A stretch of 64,000 bases of DNA from Candidatus Aenigmatarchaeota archaeon. Its GTDB lineage: Archaea > Aenigmatarchaeota > Aenigmatarchaeia > CG10238-14 > SCSR01. Position numbers and translations under genes: made by a program. How positions within the stretch are numbered: position 1 is the stretch's first letter; each line of letters starts with the position of its first letter. The notes beneath the pieces are model-generated. The model saw only the letters and a list, made by a program, of their open reading frames with translations. It was not told where the DNA came from and did not search any database. Below, piece by piece: positions 17,718-27,679 of this stretch. The stretch spans positions 64,001 through 128,000 of the forward strand of contig JAWBWS010000001.1 in NCBI GenBank assembly GCA_038999725.1, given 5' to 3'.

Positions 17718-17749
17718 TTTTTTATTTTGAAAAAAACAAGTGATTTAAT

Positions 17750-18490
17750 ATGAAACGTTTATCTTTGCTTTTAATTTTTGTTTTTTTGATTAGCCTAATC
17801 ATCTTGAATTTTTTCACTATAAGCTTCATACCAACAAAAACTGAAACAATAACGATAACTCCCGCTGAAAAAAATCTCTCTTCAAAAAATGTAATTAAAC
17901 TAAAAGTGCCAGCAATTGATGAAAATGGAAATGGTGTTTTAACTATTTTGATAGTGGAAGCTGTTCCTGGAAAAGGAAGGGTCCTTACAGATATAGATCA
18001 CCTCATCTTCTTCATCGATACTCAAAATTCAATTCAAATAGCAAAAGCCGTTGCACAAAATATAACTGGAATAGATACTTCAAAGGTTGATTTGATTTAT
18101 CAGATAGAGACGAATGCCTCGGCAATAGGTGGGCCTTCTGCAGGGGCCGCTCTCACTATAGCGACTATAGCAGCTTTGGAAAATAAGACATTGAACGAAA
18201 AAGTTGGAATAACTGGAACAATAAATCTTGATGGTAGTATTGGCCCTGTGGGGGGAATAGAGGAAAAAGCCAAAGCATCAAAAGAAGCTGGAATAGAAAT
18301 TTTCTTGGTTCCAAAAGGTCAAGGTACAGGCATTACATACATACCAAAAAGGGAATGTAGAAAAATAGGACCCATTCTATTTTGCACTACTGAATATTCA
18401 ATAAAAAAGGTTGATGTAAGTGAAAGTGTTGGCATCAAGGTTAAAGAGGTTAGCAACATTCAAGAAGCCTTAAAATACTTTTTAGAATAA
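17750..18490 (+). CDS. Membrane-anchored S16 (Lon-like) serine protease domain protein
   Basis: IGGPSAG, ITGTINLDGSIGPVGGIEEKA. Confidence 0.9.
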   Translation: MKRLSLLLIFVFLISLIILNFFTISFIPTKTETITITPAEKNLSSKNVIKLKVPAIDENGNGVLTILIVEAVPGKGRVLTDIDHLIFFIDTQNSIQIAKAVAQNITGIDTSKVDLIYQIETNASAIGGPSAGAALTIATIAALENKTLNEKVGITGTINLDGSIGPVGGIEEKAKASKEAGIEIFLVPKGQGTGITYIPKRECRKIGPILFCTTEYSIKKVDVSESVGIKVKEVSNIQEALKYFLE

Positions 18491-18500
18491 AGTGATTATC

Positions 18501-19061
18501 ATGAGTTTGATAAAACTTTTCACAAAAGATGAAATAAAGGATTTAACCATTTCGGTGTTAGCAATTTCTCTGATTTTAGCTTTTCCCAGGTTTGAGCTTT
18601 TTTTATTATATCTAATTGTGGTTGTCATAGCTTTTGTTTTTCATGAACTAGCTCACAAGTTTGTAGCAATGAAATTTCATTGTGCAGCATTTTATGAGAT
18701 GTGGCCTCTTGGTTTATTCTTTGGACTTTTACTCATGATCTTTGGAATCAAAATTCTTGCTCCTGGTGCTGTGATGATAATGCCATATAGATTTGGGAGA
18801 TGGGGATTTAGAATAGCAAGATTAACTATTCCTGAAATTGGAATAATAGCTTTAGCAGGACCTGCTGTAAACCTTGCTTTTGCTTTAATTTTCTACCCCT
18901 TTCCTAGTTTGAGTTTTCTTTCAGATGTAAATGCTTGGCTCGCTTTTTTCAATCTACTTCCAATTCCTCCCTTGGATGGAAGTAAAGTTGTGCAATGGAA
19001 ACCTTGGCTTTGGCTTTTGCTCATAATCTTTGCTTTTATTCTTGTTTCAAGATTCTTTTAA
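18501..19061 (+). CDS. M50 (site-2) zinc metalloprotease
   Basis: HELAH, IALAGPAVN, FNLLPIPPLDGSK. Confidence 0.93.
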   Translation: MSLIKLFTKDEIKDLTISVLAISLILAFPRFELFLLYLIVVVIAFVFHELAHKFVAMKFHCAAFYEMWPLGLFFGLLLMIFGIKILAPGAVMIMPYRFGRWGFRIARLTIPEIGIIALAGPAVNLAFALIFYPFPSLSFLSDVNAWLAFFNLLPIPPLDGSKVVQWKPWLWLLLIIFAFILVSRFF

Positions 19062-19070
19062 GTGAATTGA

Positions 19071-20336
19071 ATGAAAATTGTGACTGACTTCCATTTACAT
19101 TCATTTTGGAGTAAAGCAACAAGCAAAGAGATGAACCTTGATGGAATAGCTAAAGGTGCGAAAATCAAGGGTTTAAATCTCGTGGGCACCGGTGATTTCA
19201 CACATCCCATGTGGTTGGCTGAGCTAAAAAGGAAATTGCAACCTGTGGAGGGTAGTGGCCTATTCAAGTATAAGGATATTTGGTTCATGCTTACAACAGA
19301 AGTAGGTACAATCTTTGAATTTAAAGGAAAAATAAAAAATATTCATCACATCATCCATACATCATCTTTTGAGATTGTAGAACAAATAAATGAAGCTTTA
19401 TCAAAGTATGGAAACTTGAAAGCAGACGGAAGACCAAATCTTAATCTTTCTGCACCCGAACTTGTCGAAATTTTGATGAACATTTCAGAAGATATTATGA
19501 TAACAAGTAGCCATGCATGGACACCATGGCGGTCTGTTTTAGGAAGCAAGTCAGGATTTAATTCAATAGAAGAATGTTACCAAGATCAAACTAGATATAT
19601 TTTTTCAATAGAAACAGGTCTAAGCAGCACTCCTGACATGAACTGGAGATTGTCTTCTTTGGATAAATTCACTTTGGTTTCCAATAGTGATAGCCATTCT
19701 CCTCATCCTTGGCGTTTGGGAAGGGAAGCAAATGTCTTTGATTTAAAAGATGTAAATTATTGGGAAATTATAGATGCGATAAAAAAGAAAGACAAAAAAA
19801 GGTTTTTGTACACGATTGAAGTTGATGCAAATTATGGTAAATATCACTGGGATGGTCATCGTAATTGTGGAATATCTTTGCACCCAAGAGATGCGGTTAA
19901 ATTGAATAACATTTGCCCAAAATGTGGGAAAAAATTAACTATTGGAGTTCTGCATAGAGTTGAAGAATTAGCTGATAGGCCAGAAGGCTTTATTCCAAAA
20001 GATGCGATACCTTTTAAAACTCTTTTACCTTTGTATGAAATAATTTCTTTTGCTTGGGGTATTGGAGAGCTTTATTCAAAAAAAGTTTTGGAAGAGCATG
20101 ATAAGTTGATAGAAAAATTTGGGAGTGAGTTGAATGTTTTGCTAAATGTAACAAAAGAAGATTTACTAAAAGTTACGAATGAAAAAATTGCTGAAGCAAT
20201 AATAAAGGTTAGAGAGGGAAGAGTTAAATATAAACCTGGTGCAGATGGGGAATATGGCACCCCTATATTTGATGAAAATTTTAAAAGAGAAAAAGAAAGT
20301 TTTCAATCTCAAAAGAACTTAAGACAATTTACCTAG
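19071..20336 (+). CDS. endoQ: Endonuclease Q (PHP domain + Zn ribbon)
   Basis: DFHLHS...ATS, GTGDFTHP, ETGLSS, SNSDSHS, GKYHWDGHRNC, CPKCG...GVLHRVEELA, GxDGEYG. Confidence 0.9.
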   Translation: MKIVTDFHLHSFWSKATSKEMNLDGIAKGAKIKGLNLVGTGDFTHPMWLAELKRKLQPVEGSGLFKYKDIWFMLTTEVGTIFEFKGKIKNIHHIIHTSSFEIVEQINEALSKYGNLKADGRPNLNLSAPELVEILMNISEDIMITSSHAWTPWRSVLGSKSGFNSIEECYQDQTRYIFSIETGLSSTPDMNWRLSSLDKFTLVSNSDSHSPHPWRLGREANVFDLKDVNYWEIIDAIKKKDKKRFLYTIEVDANYGKYHWDGHRNCGISLHPRDAVKLNNICPKCGKKLTIGVLHRVEELADRPEGFIPKDAIPFKTLLPLYEIISFAWGIGELYSKKVLEEHDKLIEKFGSELNVLLNVTKEDLLKVTNEKIAEAIIKVREGRVKYKPGADGEYGTPIFDENFKREKESFQSQKNLRQFT

Positions 20337-20548
20337 TTTAAATTGATTTAATGAAAGAAATCATGAAATTGAAATTCCATCCTTTTGGACCTTTTGAAAT
20401 TTGCAATCGGGAATAAGACGTGAAAGTTGTGTTAAAACTAAGGAGAAATGAAAAATAGGAAAACCTATTAATTAAAAAGAAATTCATAAATTTTCGTTTA
20501 ATTTAGAAGCTACTCAAATTAAATTTATGAATGTAATAAATTATTAGT

Positions 20549-20630
20549 GGGTCCGTGGTCTAACGGTAGGACGCCAAGAAAGCGGAACCCTCACACGGTG
20601 GAGAATTGGGTTCAACTCCCAACGGACCCA
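20549..20630 (+). tRNA. tRNA-Val(CAC), 11-nt intron at 29/30 (20577-20587)
   Basis: GGGTCCG/CGGACCC, CCA[agaaagcggaa]CC-CTCACAC-GGTGG. Confidence 0.9.
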
Positions 20631-20662
20631 CAAATTTAAACAAATAAAATAATTTATTCTAT

Positions 20663-21436
20663 ATGTTTGAAATCCTGAAAGAGTTTTTTCATTTCATGTT
20701 CCTACCCCAACCAGAATACACTTTTTTGAATACTCTTGTTTATTCAATTGGCTTTGTTATTGCGTCCTATCTTTTCTTCCTATTTTTAAGAAGAATGAAA
20801 ATTAAAATAGATAAAAAGTTTGCGATTTCTATCTTTCCCTTCTTGATTCTTGGTAGCAGCTTAAGGGTTTTTGTGGATGATAAAATTTTTGAAAGCATTT
20901 TTCTTGTAACTCCATTGATCTACCTAACAATTGGCTTCATTTTCACTCTTGTTTTATTATTTTCAATTTTCTTGGAAAGAAAATGTAAAATACCCTACTT
21001 TAAAATAGTTTTTTGTACAGGAATTTTATTATCTCTACCATTTCTCCTAATTCTTTTGATTAAAGCCGTAAATCTCCCTGCTTTCCTTCTTGTATTGCTT
21101 TTTCTCTCGCCTTGGCTTATCTTGCTAAAAATTATAAAATGGAAAAATGAAAATAAAATTACATTTCTTGCCCAAATTTTTGACGCAACTGTTACCTTTG
21201 TTGGCATAACTTTTTTCGGTTATAAAGAAATGCATGTCCTGCCAAAAATTTTAATTCAATCATTTGGCCCCCTCTCTTTCATATTTTTGAAAGCTCTTGT
21301 GATTTTTTCTATTCTAGCTTTGCTTGAAAAGGTAAAGGGAAAGAAAGAGATCAAAAGCTTCATCAAGCTGATGATAAGTATTCTTGGTGCTTCAACCGGG
21401 ATTAGAGATTTTTTAAGGATTTTACTCTTAGTTTAA
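20663..21436 (+). CDS. DUF63-like membrane protein
   Basis: YTFLNTLVY, GSSLRVFVD, FDATVTFVG...YKEMHVL, GIRDFLR. Confidence 0.8.
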   Translation: MFEILKEFFHFMFLPQPEYTFLNTLVYSIGFVIASYLFFLFLRRMKIKIDKKFAISIFPFLILGSSLRVFVDDKIFESIFLVTPLIYLTIGFIFTLVLLFSIFLERKCKIPYFKIVFCTGILLSLPFLLILLIKAVNLPAFLLVLLFLSPWLILLKIIKWKNENKITFLAQIFDATVTFVGITFFGYKEMHVLPKILIQSFGPLSFIFLKALVIFSILALLEKVKGKKEIKSFIKLMISILGASTGIRDFLRILLLV

Positions 21437-22536
21437 TATTGAGAAATCGTTAGAGTGACATCTTCAAGTGAATAGGATCCTCCCTTTTCTGTGGAAAATG
21501 AAATTGTGTTTATGCCGGCTTTAAGCTCAACTTCCTCCCCAAACCTTTTAACAAGGTAGTATGGTGGCACTTCATTGTAAATTATCTTATCATTTATTTT
21601 GATGATTAGATTTGTTGATTTTGGTGGTGAAATTATTTCATGTGTCTTTGTGAATAGAGAAATTTTCCCTTCTTTGAAATTTTTAACCTCAAAATCTTCG
21701 AGAGAAAAATTAAATTCTCTGAAAATTGTTCCATTGTATTCTACCATGAATTTAACTAAAGGTATTTTGTAAAAAGAGGTTGACCAAAATACAAAACCTG
21801 GTGAACCTGCCCTCAAAACTATTGAATTAGACTTTTTGATTAAATCTTTTGGAATTTCTACAATCACTTCACCAACTCCAACTTTTTTGTCAAAAATTTT
21901 GTTGTTATTAAACTCAACTATCAAACTCCCTAAAGAATTTGTTTGGTCGATTACCATTTGCAAGTAAGCATTTAAAATTAAAGGCAACTTCTCTTCAGGA
22001 ACTATTACTGCAAAACTTGAATAAAACTCTGAAAAGTAGCCTTTTTCCACTTTGAGATTTTCCACTTCCCTTATAACTTCCTCACCAACGATATAGCCAA
22101 CATTAAAATCATCAAAAGAGAATGAAATTTTCTTTTCTTCTGTTTTCATCGAAACATTCACTGAGATTGGAATTACTTTTTTAAAACCAAGCGTTTCAAC
22201 ATAAATTTCTCCCCAATGTACACCGTAAGATGCCCAGAATGGGACATTTACAAAAACTCTAACCTTTTCCTCTTTTTCCACGTTAAGTCTATCTCTCTCA
22301 AAACTTATCCAATTTGCAATTTCTCCAGAACTTCTTAAAGTCACATTAGAAGCTGTGCCATTCATGAAGATGTAAAAAGAGGAAGAAGACCCTCTCTCTA
22401 TGGTTAAATACTTTGACTCTGGCATGACTGTTATTTGAGTTGAGGCCTGTGAACTCCAAACAATAACCAAAATACCTATCAATATCAAACCTGCCATGAG
22501 AACAAACGCAAATTCATCAATTTGAGCTTTCATCAA
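21433..22536 (-). CDS. Secreted protein with class III-like signal peptide
   Basis: MKAQIDEFAFVLMAGLILIGILV followed by beta-rich domains. Confidence 0.65.
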   Translation of the reverse strand: MMKAQIDEFAFVLMAGLILIGILVIVWSSQASTQITVMPESKYLTIERGSSSSFYIFMNGTASNVTLRSSGEIANWISFERDRLNVEKEEKVRVFVNVPFWASYGVHWGEIYVETLGFKKVIPISVNVSMKTEEKKISFSFDDFNVGYIVGEEVIREVENLKVEKGYFSEFYSSFAVIVPEEKLPLILNAYLQMVIDQTNSLGSLIVEFNNNKIFDKKVGVGEVIVEIPKDLIKKSNSIVLRAGSPGFVFWSTSFYKIPLVKFMVEYNGTIFREFNFSLEDFEVKNFKEGKISLFTKTHEIISPPKSTNLIIKINDKIIYNEVPPYYLVKRFGEEVELKAGINTISFSTEKGGSYSLEDVTLTISQY

Positions 22537-22574
22537 AAGCCCCTTAATTTTAATTATGTTTTAAAAAGAATAAG

Positions 22575-22772
22575 TTATTTTAACTTCTCTTCCCTCTTTT
22601 TTATAGAAGTTATATAGCCTGCAATTATATTCCTTATCCTTTTTGAGTTTATGTCAATAAGTTGACCAACAATTTTCTTGTTTGTCTCAAAATCTGTAGA
22701 AAATTTATCTCCATTTTTTTCAAGTAAATATCTTGCCACTCTCTTGACAAAAGAAGTTTTAATTCTTCCCAT
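22575..22772 (-). CDS. rps17e: 30S ribosomal protein S17e
   Basis: MGRIKTSFVKR...DFETNK...SKRIRNIIAGYIT. Confidence 0.96.
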   Translation of the reverse strand: MGRIKTSFVKRVARYLLEKNGDKFSTDFETNKKIVGQLIDINSKRIRNIIAGYITSIKKREEKLK

Positions 22773-22787
22773 CGAATCACTGAATCT

Positions 22788-23354
22788 CTATGGAGTAAGG
22801 CGCTTAATTTCGTAATAAGTGCAATCATTCTCTCTGTCTACAACCGCCCACACGAAAGTCGCCCTTATATTATGTGCAAGTCTCACTGCCCTCGACATTT
22901 CTGGTAAAGAAAAGGCTGCTTCTTCTGGAACAGCATGAACTACAAATTTTGTGTGTTCATGTGGGGCTTTTGGTCCTCTTACAAGCTTTACTCCTCTTTC
23001 GTAAACTCTGAAATGGGCACCAAATTTAAAACCAGTTTTCACCAGATAGCCTCTCTCCCTCAAGTCGCGATAAACTACAAATTGAGGATGAAATTGGTTT
23101 ACTATTTTTGTTGCAATTTCTAAAAACTCCTTCAAGTCTACATATCTCCTCTTTTCTCCCTCTTTTAAAAAAACTTTCATTCTCCCTTTCTCTAAAAGAT
23201 AGGCTGCCTCCACGAGCTCCAATTCAAGCCTACTGGGATTTTCTTCAGGAACTGGTTTACCAAAACCAGAATCATCATAAAGTCTAACAGCATCCTTATC
23301 CCAAATTATTACTCTGTTTTCCACTAATTCTCCTTCCCAAATTTTCTCTGCCAT
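22788..23354 (-). CDS. endA: tRNA splicing endonuclease
   Basis: LELVEAAYL, VYRDLRERGYLVKTGFKFGAHFRVY, RLAHNIR. Confidence 0.93.
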   Translation of the reverse strand: MAEKIWEGELVENRVIIWDKDAVRLYDDSGFGKPVPEENPSRLELELVEAAYLLEKGRMKVFLKEGEKRRYVDLKEFLEIATKIVNQFHPQFVVYRDLRERGYLVKTGFKFGAHFRVYERGVKLVRGPKAPHEHTKFVVHAVPEEAAFSLPEMSRAVRLAHNIRATFVWAVVDRENDCTYYEIKRLTP

Positions 23355-23399
23355 ACAACTATTTTTATTTTACTAGGTTTTAAAAACTTTTCTTAAAAA

Positions 23400-23912
23400 C
23401 TACACCCAAACTTTTTTACGACAACTTTGGCAAAGCTCTTTATTTTTCCTGTCCACATCACCAATAGTGTTTGAAAAACTCATCACACATGTTGAAATTG
23501 AGCAATGACCTAAACCAAGCATATGACCAACCTCATGAATTGCTTCTTTGACTGCTCTTTCTATCAGAAGGTTTTTATCTGGTTTTTGTCTATAGAAAGT
23601 TGGATCAAGTCTATGGATTGAAACAACACCATAATTTCCATGATAATAAGCTTGACCAAAAACAAAATTCAAATTTTCGGCATAAAGATCTTTATCTGTA
23701 ACCCCTAAAGTTTTATTTTGAAATTTTTCCGATAAAAATTTAAGTACAAGAGGAGCGGGATATTGGTGCCGAATCTCATTGTAAATTTCCTTCGGAATCT
23801 CTATTGGTCTTGTTGTCTCTGTACTCAACTCAAATTTTTCTCTTAATTCCGAAGCTATCGCCGTAAGTACCTCCTCGGGAATTTTTCCAAGCTGAACAAT
23901 TGTGATTTTCAT
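23400..23912 (-). CDS. amzA: Archaemetzincin (M54)
   Basis: LNFVFGQA, KEAIHEVGHMLGLGHC...CVMSFSN...CQSC. Confidence 0.93.
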   Translation of the reverse strand: MKITIVQLGKIPEEVLTAIASELREKFELSTETTRPIEIPKEIYNEIRHQYPAPLVLKFLSEKFQNKTLGVTDKDLYAENLNFVFGQAYYHGNYGVVSIHRLDPTFYRQKPDKNLLIERAVKEAIHEVGHMLGLGHCSISTCVMSFSNTIGDVDRKNKELCQSCRKKVWV

Positions 23913-24095
23913 AAAGATAATTTAAGTTTAAAAAAAGAAAAAACAAGAGGATACATTAAAATTCAATTAACTCCACATTTTGTATTTTTATCATTCTTTA
24001 TAGACTTTATTTAACCTTCTTCTGTGATTGTAAATGTCTATATTTTCGCTTTTTTGATTGCCATTAAAGAAGATGAATTTAAATTGAGTTTCTTG

Positions 24096-24200
24096 TGGGG
24101 CGGGTGGGATTTGAACCCACAACACATCGCTCTTCAGGCGATCTAGAGCCAAATGGTTGCTCTCCCGGGTTGAGCTTGCGGTAATTAACATTACCGCCCC
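24096..24200 (-). tRNA. tRNA-Phe(GAA), introns at 9/10 (24176-24191) and 26/27 (24143-24157)
   Basis: GGGGCGGTA[..ccgcaa]GCTCAACCCGGGAGAGCA[..ctctag]ATCGC-CTGAAGA-GCGAT...CCGCCCCA; both introns fit BHB geometry. Confidence 0.9.
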
Positions 24201-24316
24201 GCTCCGCCCCATTTTTTAATATTTTATTTTTAATAATTTATCTTGTTTATACTTTGAATAATTCTGGATCAAATCTCTGTAATTTCCAATAAAATTATAA
24301 AGATTAATTCTACACT

Positions 24317-25003
24317 TCAATTTATTCTTAACCTATATTTTATTCCTTCTTTAATCACAAAAATCAAAACCCCAAAAACCATCCTGATTCCTCTTAAAAA
24401 TCCTGATTTTTTCTTGTAAGTTATTGTTACAGGGACTTGAGCAATTTTAATTTTATTTTTCACTGATGAAATCAACATTTGATCTTCGAGGATATACCCC
24501 CCATGGATGTCATCTTTAATCTTTTCCATGGCTTTTCTAGAAAATGCAACAAAACCGCAATTCGTGTCTTCCAATTTTTGCTTAAACAAGAGATTAAAAC
24601 TTGTCTTCCAGATAAAATTACCAAGCCTGTGCCTCAATGGCACTTTTGACCAATCTCTCTTCCCCATGACAAAATCCGCCTTTCCCTCTTTTAGAGGCTT
24701 AAGAAGATTTATCGCTTCATCTGGTAAATATTGCATGTCGGCATCAACAATAACAACATTCTCAGTAGAAGGATATTTTTTGATTAAAAAATTGATGCCT
24801 GTTTTGATAGCTTCACCTTTCCCTTTATTTTTCTCATGTCTCAAAACAAGTGCTCCAGCTTTCTTTGCCAACTCAAATGTTCTATCTTTTGAGCAATCGT
24901 CAATTACAATCACCTTTAAGCCAATTTTTTTCAATCTATAAACAACCTCACAAATAGTTTTTTCTTCATTATAGGCTGGTACGAGTGCTATTTGCATAAT
25001 CAA
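24317..25003 (-). CDS. GT2 glycosyltransferase (dolichol-phosphate sugar synthase-like)
   Basis: VPAYNEE, IDDCSKD, NKGKGEA, DADMQY, DFVMGKR, DTNCGF. Confidence 0.9.
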   Translation of the reverse strand: MIMQIALVPAYNEEKTICEVVYRLKKIGLKVIVIDDCSKDRTFELAKKAGALVLRHEKNKGKGEAIKTGINFLIKKYPSTENVVIVDADMQYLPDEAINLLKPLKEGKADFVMGKRDWSKVPLRHRLGNFIWKTSFNLLFKQKLEDTNCGFVAFSRKAMEKIKDDIHGGYILEDQMLISSVKNKIKIAQVPVTITYKKKSGFLRGIRMVFGVLIFVIKEGIKYRLRIN

Positions 25004-25056
25004 TCTTTGAAATTTAAAATTATTTAAAAACAGCTAAAACCTTTCAATTTCTAACA

Positions 25057-26181
25057 CTAATCGAGGAAGTCCTTATTTTTGATTTTTTCTGGAATGTATT
25101 TATCTGAAATGAATGTTATACCTTTAGAGGAAAGTGCAGCCAATTCTACTTTCCCATTTAATTCTTTTAACATTTTGAATTGCCTTTGCCAATCTTTGTT
25201 ATTTTTAAACCATGGGTATTGTTCTACCTGTTTCATTCTTTTGATATCAGCTTCTTCAAATTTTATCAAATGTCTCTTCAACTCATATTTTATCACATCA
25301 TCAACAGTAAGACCCAAGAATTTTGCATTTGGTATAGCCAACTTTTCTGATATATGAGATAAACTTATACTCCCATACTTTATCACAGAATAAATATAGA
25401 AACCCCAAACATCAAGATCCGTTAAAACATAAATCGGCAATTTGTGTTCCAAATGAAGCCTTTGTAAAAGTCTTCTAACCCCTCTTGTAGCCTGACCTTG
25501 AGAACTAACTATCACACAATTCAATTTTTCCCAGACTCGATCTTCATGTAACCTTTCCCACTCAGCAGCTTTCTCCATATATATCACAAATTTTGCATCC
25601 ACCTTCTTGAAAATTATATCTTCGACATTGGAAGGAATGCTCCAACCTCCGGAACCAAGCTTGCTCCAGTCAATCACATCACCCTTATCTTCAATCACAA
25701 CCTTTCCAGCAACGGAACCCATCTTGTTTGCATTTATGTGGAGCTGCTCTCTAGAAGCATTTGCTATAAGCTCCAAATCTTCTATAGCTTCATTCGATTC
25801 TGTTTGCTCATCAACAAGATTTATGTTCGAATTTGGTAAAGTCCTCTTCATCCTATAGAAAGCTTCTCTCAAGCTCAAATGCTTATCCATCTCAATTAAT
25901 TCTTTTGAAAGTGCGGCCGCCTCTATTGTTTGAACAAACTTCCTCACATGTGCTATGTTGAAGAAATACCTTTTTGCTGTAGCATTTCCCAAAACGAGCA
26001 TTTTTGTTTGTTCATCAAACCTGACGTTACTTAAAGCTCTTATAGGTATCTCTAAGCATGGGTTTCTCATGGCTTTTATATCCTCCAAGATCTTTTCCCC
26101 TATTTTCTCAAGATTCCTCTTTACTTCCTTCTTCTTTTCCACCCACACCACCCTTCTCCAATATTTTTTCCAAACCTTCAA
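25057..26181 (-). CDS. top6A: DNA topoisomerase VI subunit A (start uncertain)
   Basis: SLREAFY (catalytic Tyr), EQTESN, YMEK, GQATR, TDLDVWG. Confidence 0.95.
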   Translation of the reverse strand: MKVWKKYWRRVVWVEKKKEVKRNLEKIGEKILEDIKAMRNPCLEIPIRALSNVRFDEQTKMLVLGNATAKRYFFNIAHVRKFVQTIEAAALSKELIEMDKHLSLREAFYRMKRTLPNSNINLVDEQTESNEAIEDLELIANASREQLHINANKMGSVAGKVVIEDKGDVIDWSKLGSGGWSIPSNVEDIIFKKVDAKFVIYMEKAAEWERLHEDRVWEKLNCVIVSSQGQATRGVRRLLQRLHLEHKLPIYVLTDLDVWGFYIYSVIKYGSISLSHISEKLAIPNAKFLGLTVDDVIKYELKRHLIKFEEADIKRMKQVEQYPWFKNNKDWQRQFKMLKELNGKVELAALSSKGITFISDKYIPEKIKNKDFLD

Positions 26182-27679
26182 TTATTTTTTGCTTTTTCTC
26201 ATTTGTTAGCTTTTCTAGAGATTCAGCAAACTCTGGTATATACTTCTCAAATAACTCCCTCCTTAATCGAGATTCTCTTGCTTTCTTTATTTGTCTCACA
26301 TAGCTAGCAAGCCTCCTTCCAGCCTCTTGTAAAGCAAGTTTTACCTCACGCAGGATCTCTGGGTATTTTGCTATTGCTTGTTTTCCTTCAGAAGTGAAAG
26401 GAACCCAAACTGAAGCAAAATGAATGAAGATTACCAATGGTCCAACGGGAAGTTGACCTTGAGATTGTGATAAACCATAACGACGAAAATCTGTTTCTAT
26501 CGTAGCTTCAGTCAAAGCACAATCACCTTGGTGATATAGCAAAGGAACTTTATTAGCAAACCTCAACAGCTCAGCTGTTTGATCTTCTGGTAAATTTCCC
26601 CCATAAGCTAAACCCACTTCCACCAAAAATGGGTTGCCACGATAAACTGCAGGTGACCTGGTGACTGCAACCACGTATTCGGCACCTGTCTCTTTTTCCA
26701 GCCCTTCCCTTATCAGTTTTTCACCAAGAGGGGAAAGACAATCTGTGGGCGGTGCTTTTAGTTTAACAAGCTGCATAGCTTTATGTAACCTCTCAGACTC
26801 TTCATGAGTAAGTTGACTTGGCTTTTTGTTCGGTTCAAGCTTTGCAAGCCTACAAATTTGCTCAGCAGACCTTTTTCCAACTCTAGAAAATTCAGAAGTC
26901 AAAAATTGTAAAATATTTCTTGTTTTAGTTGAAGAGAGCATTCTTCTGAGCAAACCAATTTCAACACCGTAAGGATGTGGTTTGATTTCCCTTGGTTCTC
27001 TTGGCATCTCTTCAACAGCTCTTTCAAAAGTTGTTTTACCACTTGGTCCGTCAAAGATTATTTTAGCATATGGATTTGCTATTGCTGTTTGCCTTAGATA
27101 TTCAGTTATTGATTGTGCCCTTTCCACATATTTACCTTCGATTTCCATTTCTACTTTAACACCATGCCACTTACTTGGATTTTTTTCTACTGTATGGGAA
27201 ACAATTATAGGCTCATTTTTAACTACATCAATCATAAGTTCAAAGATGTGAATATCTTTGCCTATGCTTGTTGTGATTTTTGTTGGTTTTCCTGTTGTGA
27301 GTTGAGAATAAAGAACTGCACCATGAATTCCCAGGCCCTGGATTCCTCGAGACTGTTTTAGCCTATGGAATTTTGAGCCATACAAAAATTTACCAAAAGC
27401 ATAAGGCACTTTCGATTCAACAACCCCAGGACCATTGTCTTCAACCATAACTCTAAATCTTTCCCCACTTGTCGGTTTAACAACAACTTTTATTTCTGGT
27501 AAAATTCCGGCTTCACAGCAAGCATCTAGAGAATTGTCAACCGCTTCTTTAACTACAGTCAACAAAGCTTTTGTTGGATTCTCGTATCCAAGCAAATGCC
27601 TGTTCTTCTCGAAAAATTCGGCTACCGAAACTTCTTTCATCTCTTTTGCCATTTTTTCAGCTATACTTTCTTCAACCAT
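26108..27679 (-). CDS. top6B: DNA topoisomerase VI subunit B
   Basis: SVAEFFEKNR, KEAVDNSLDA, EDNGPG, QSRGIQGLG, RFANKVPLLY. Confidence 0.97.
   Translation of the reverse strand: MVEESIAEKMAKEMKEVSVAEFFEKNRHLLGYENPTKALLTVVKEAVDNSLDACCEAGILPEIKVVVKPTSGERFRVMVEDNGPGVVESKVPYAFGKFLYGSKFHRLKQSRGIQGLGIHGAVLYSQLTTGKPTKITTSIGKDIHIFELMIDVVKNEPIIVSHTVEKNPSKWHGVKVEMEIEGKYVERAQSITEYLRQTAIANPYAKIIFDGPSGKTTFERAVEEMPREPREIKPHPYGVEIGLLRRMLSSTKTRNILQFLTSEFSRVGKRSAEQICRLAKLEPNKKPSQLTHEESERLHKAMQLVKLKAPPTDCLSPLGEKLIREGLEKETGAEYVVAVTRSPAVYRGNPFLVEVGLAYGGNLPEDQTAELLRFANKVPLLYHQGDCALTEATIETDFRRYGLSQSQGQLPVGPLVIFIHFASVWVPFTSEGKQAIAKYPEILREVKLALQEAGRRLASYVRQIKKARESRLRRELFEKYIPEFAESLEKLTNEKKQKIIEGLEKILEKGGVGGKEEGSKEES

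Noticed and set aside
20577..20587. Shared AAGCGGAA in the Val and Gly 29/30 introns as a separate functional motif
   Set aside because: Largely explained by the pairing GCGG must make with tRNA positions 24-27 plus the AA bulge; common origin is possible but not demonstrable here.
22974..22998. AAGAGGA direct repeat in endA considered as an in-frame intron
   Set aside because: No BHB geometry and the frame is intact; treated as a protein loop.
24201..24210. Split or permuted tRNA-Phe
   Set aside because: The whole tRNA is contiguous and in normal order; only the 7-nt acceptor strand is duplicated.
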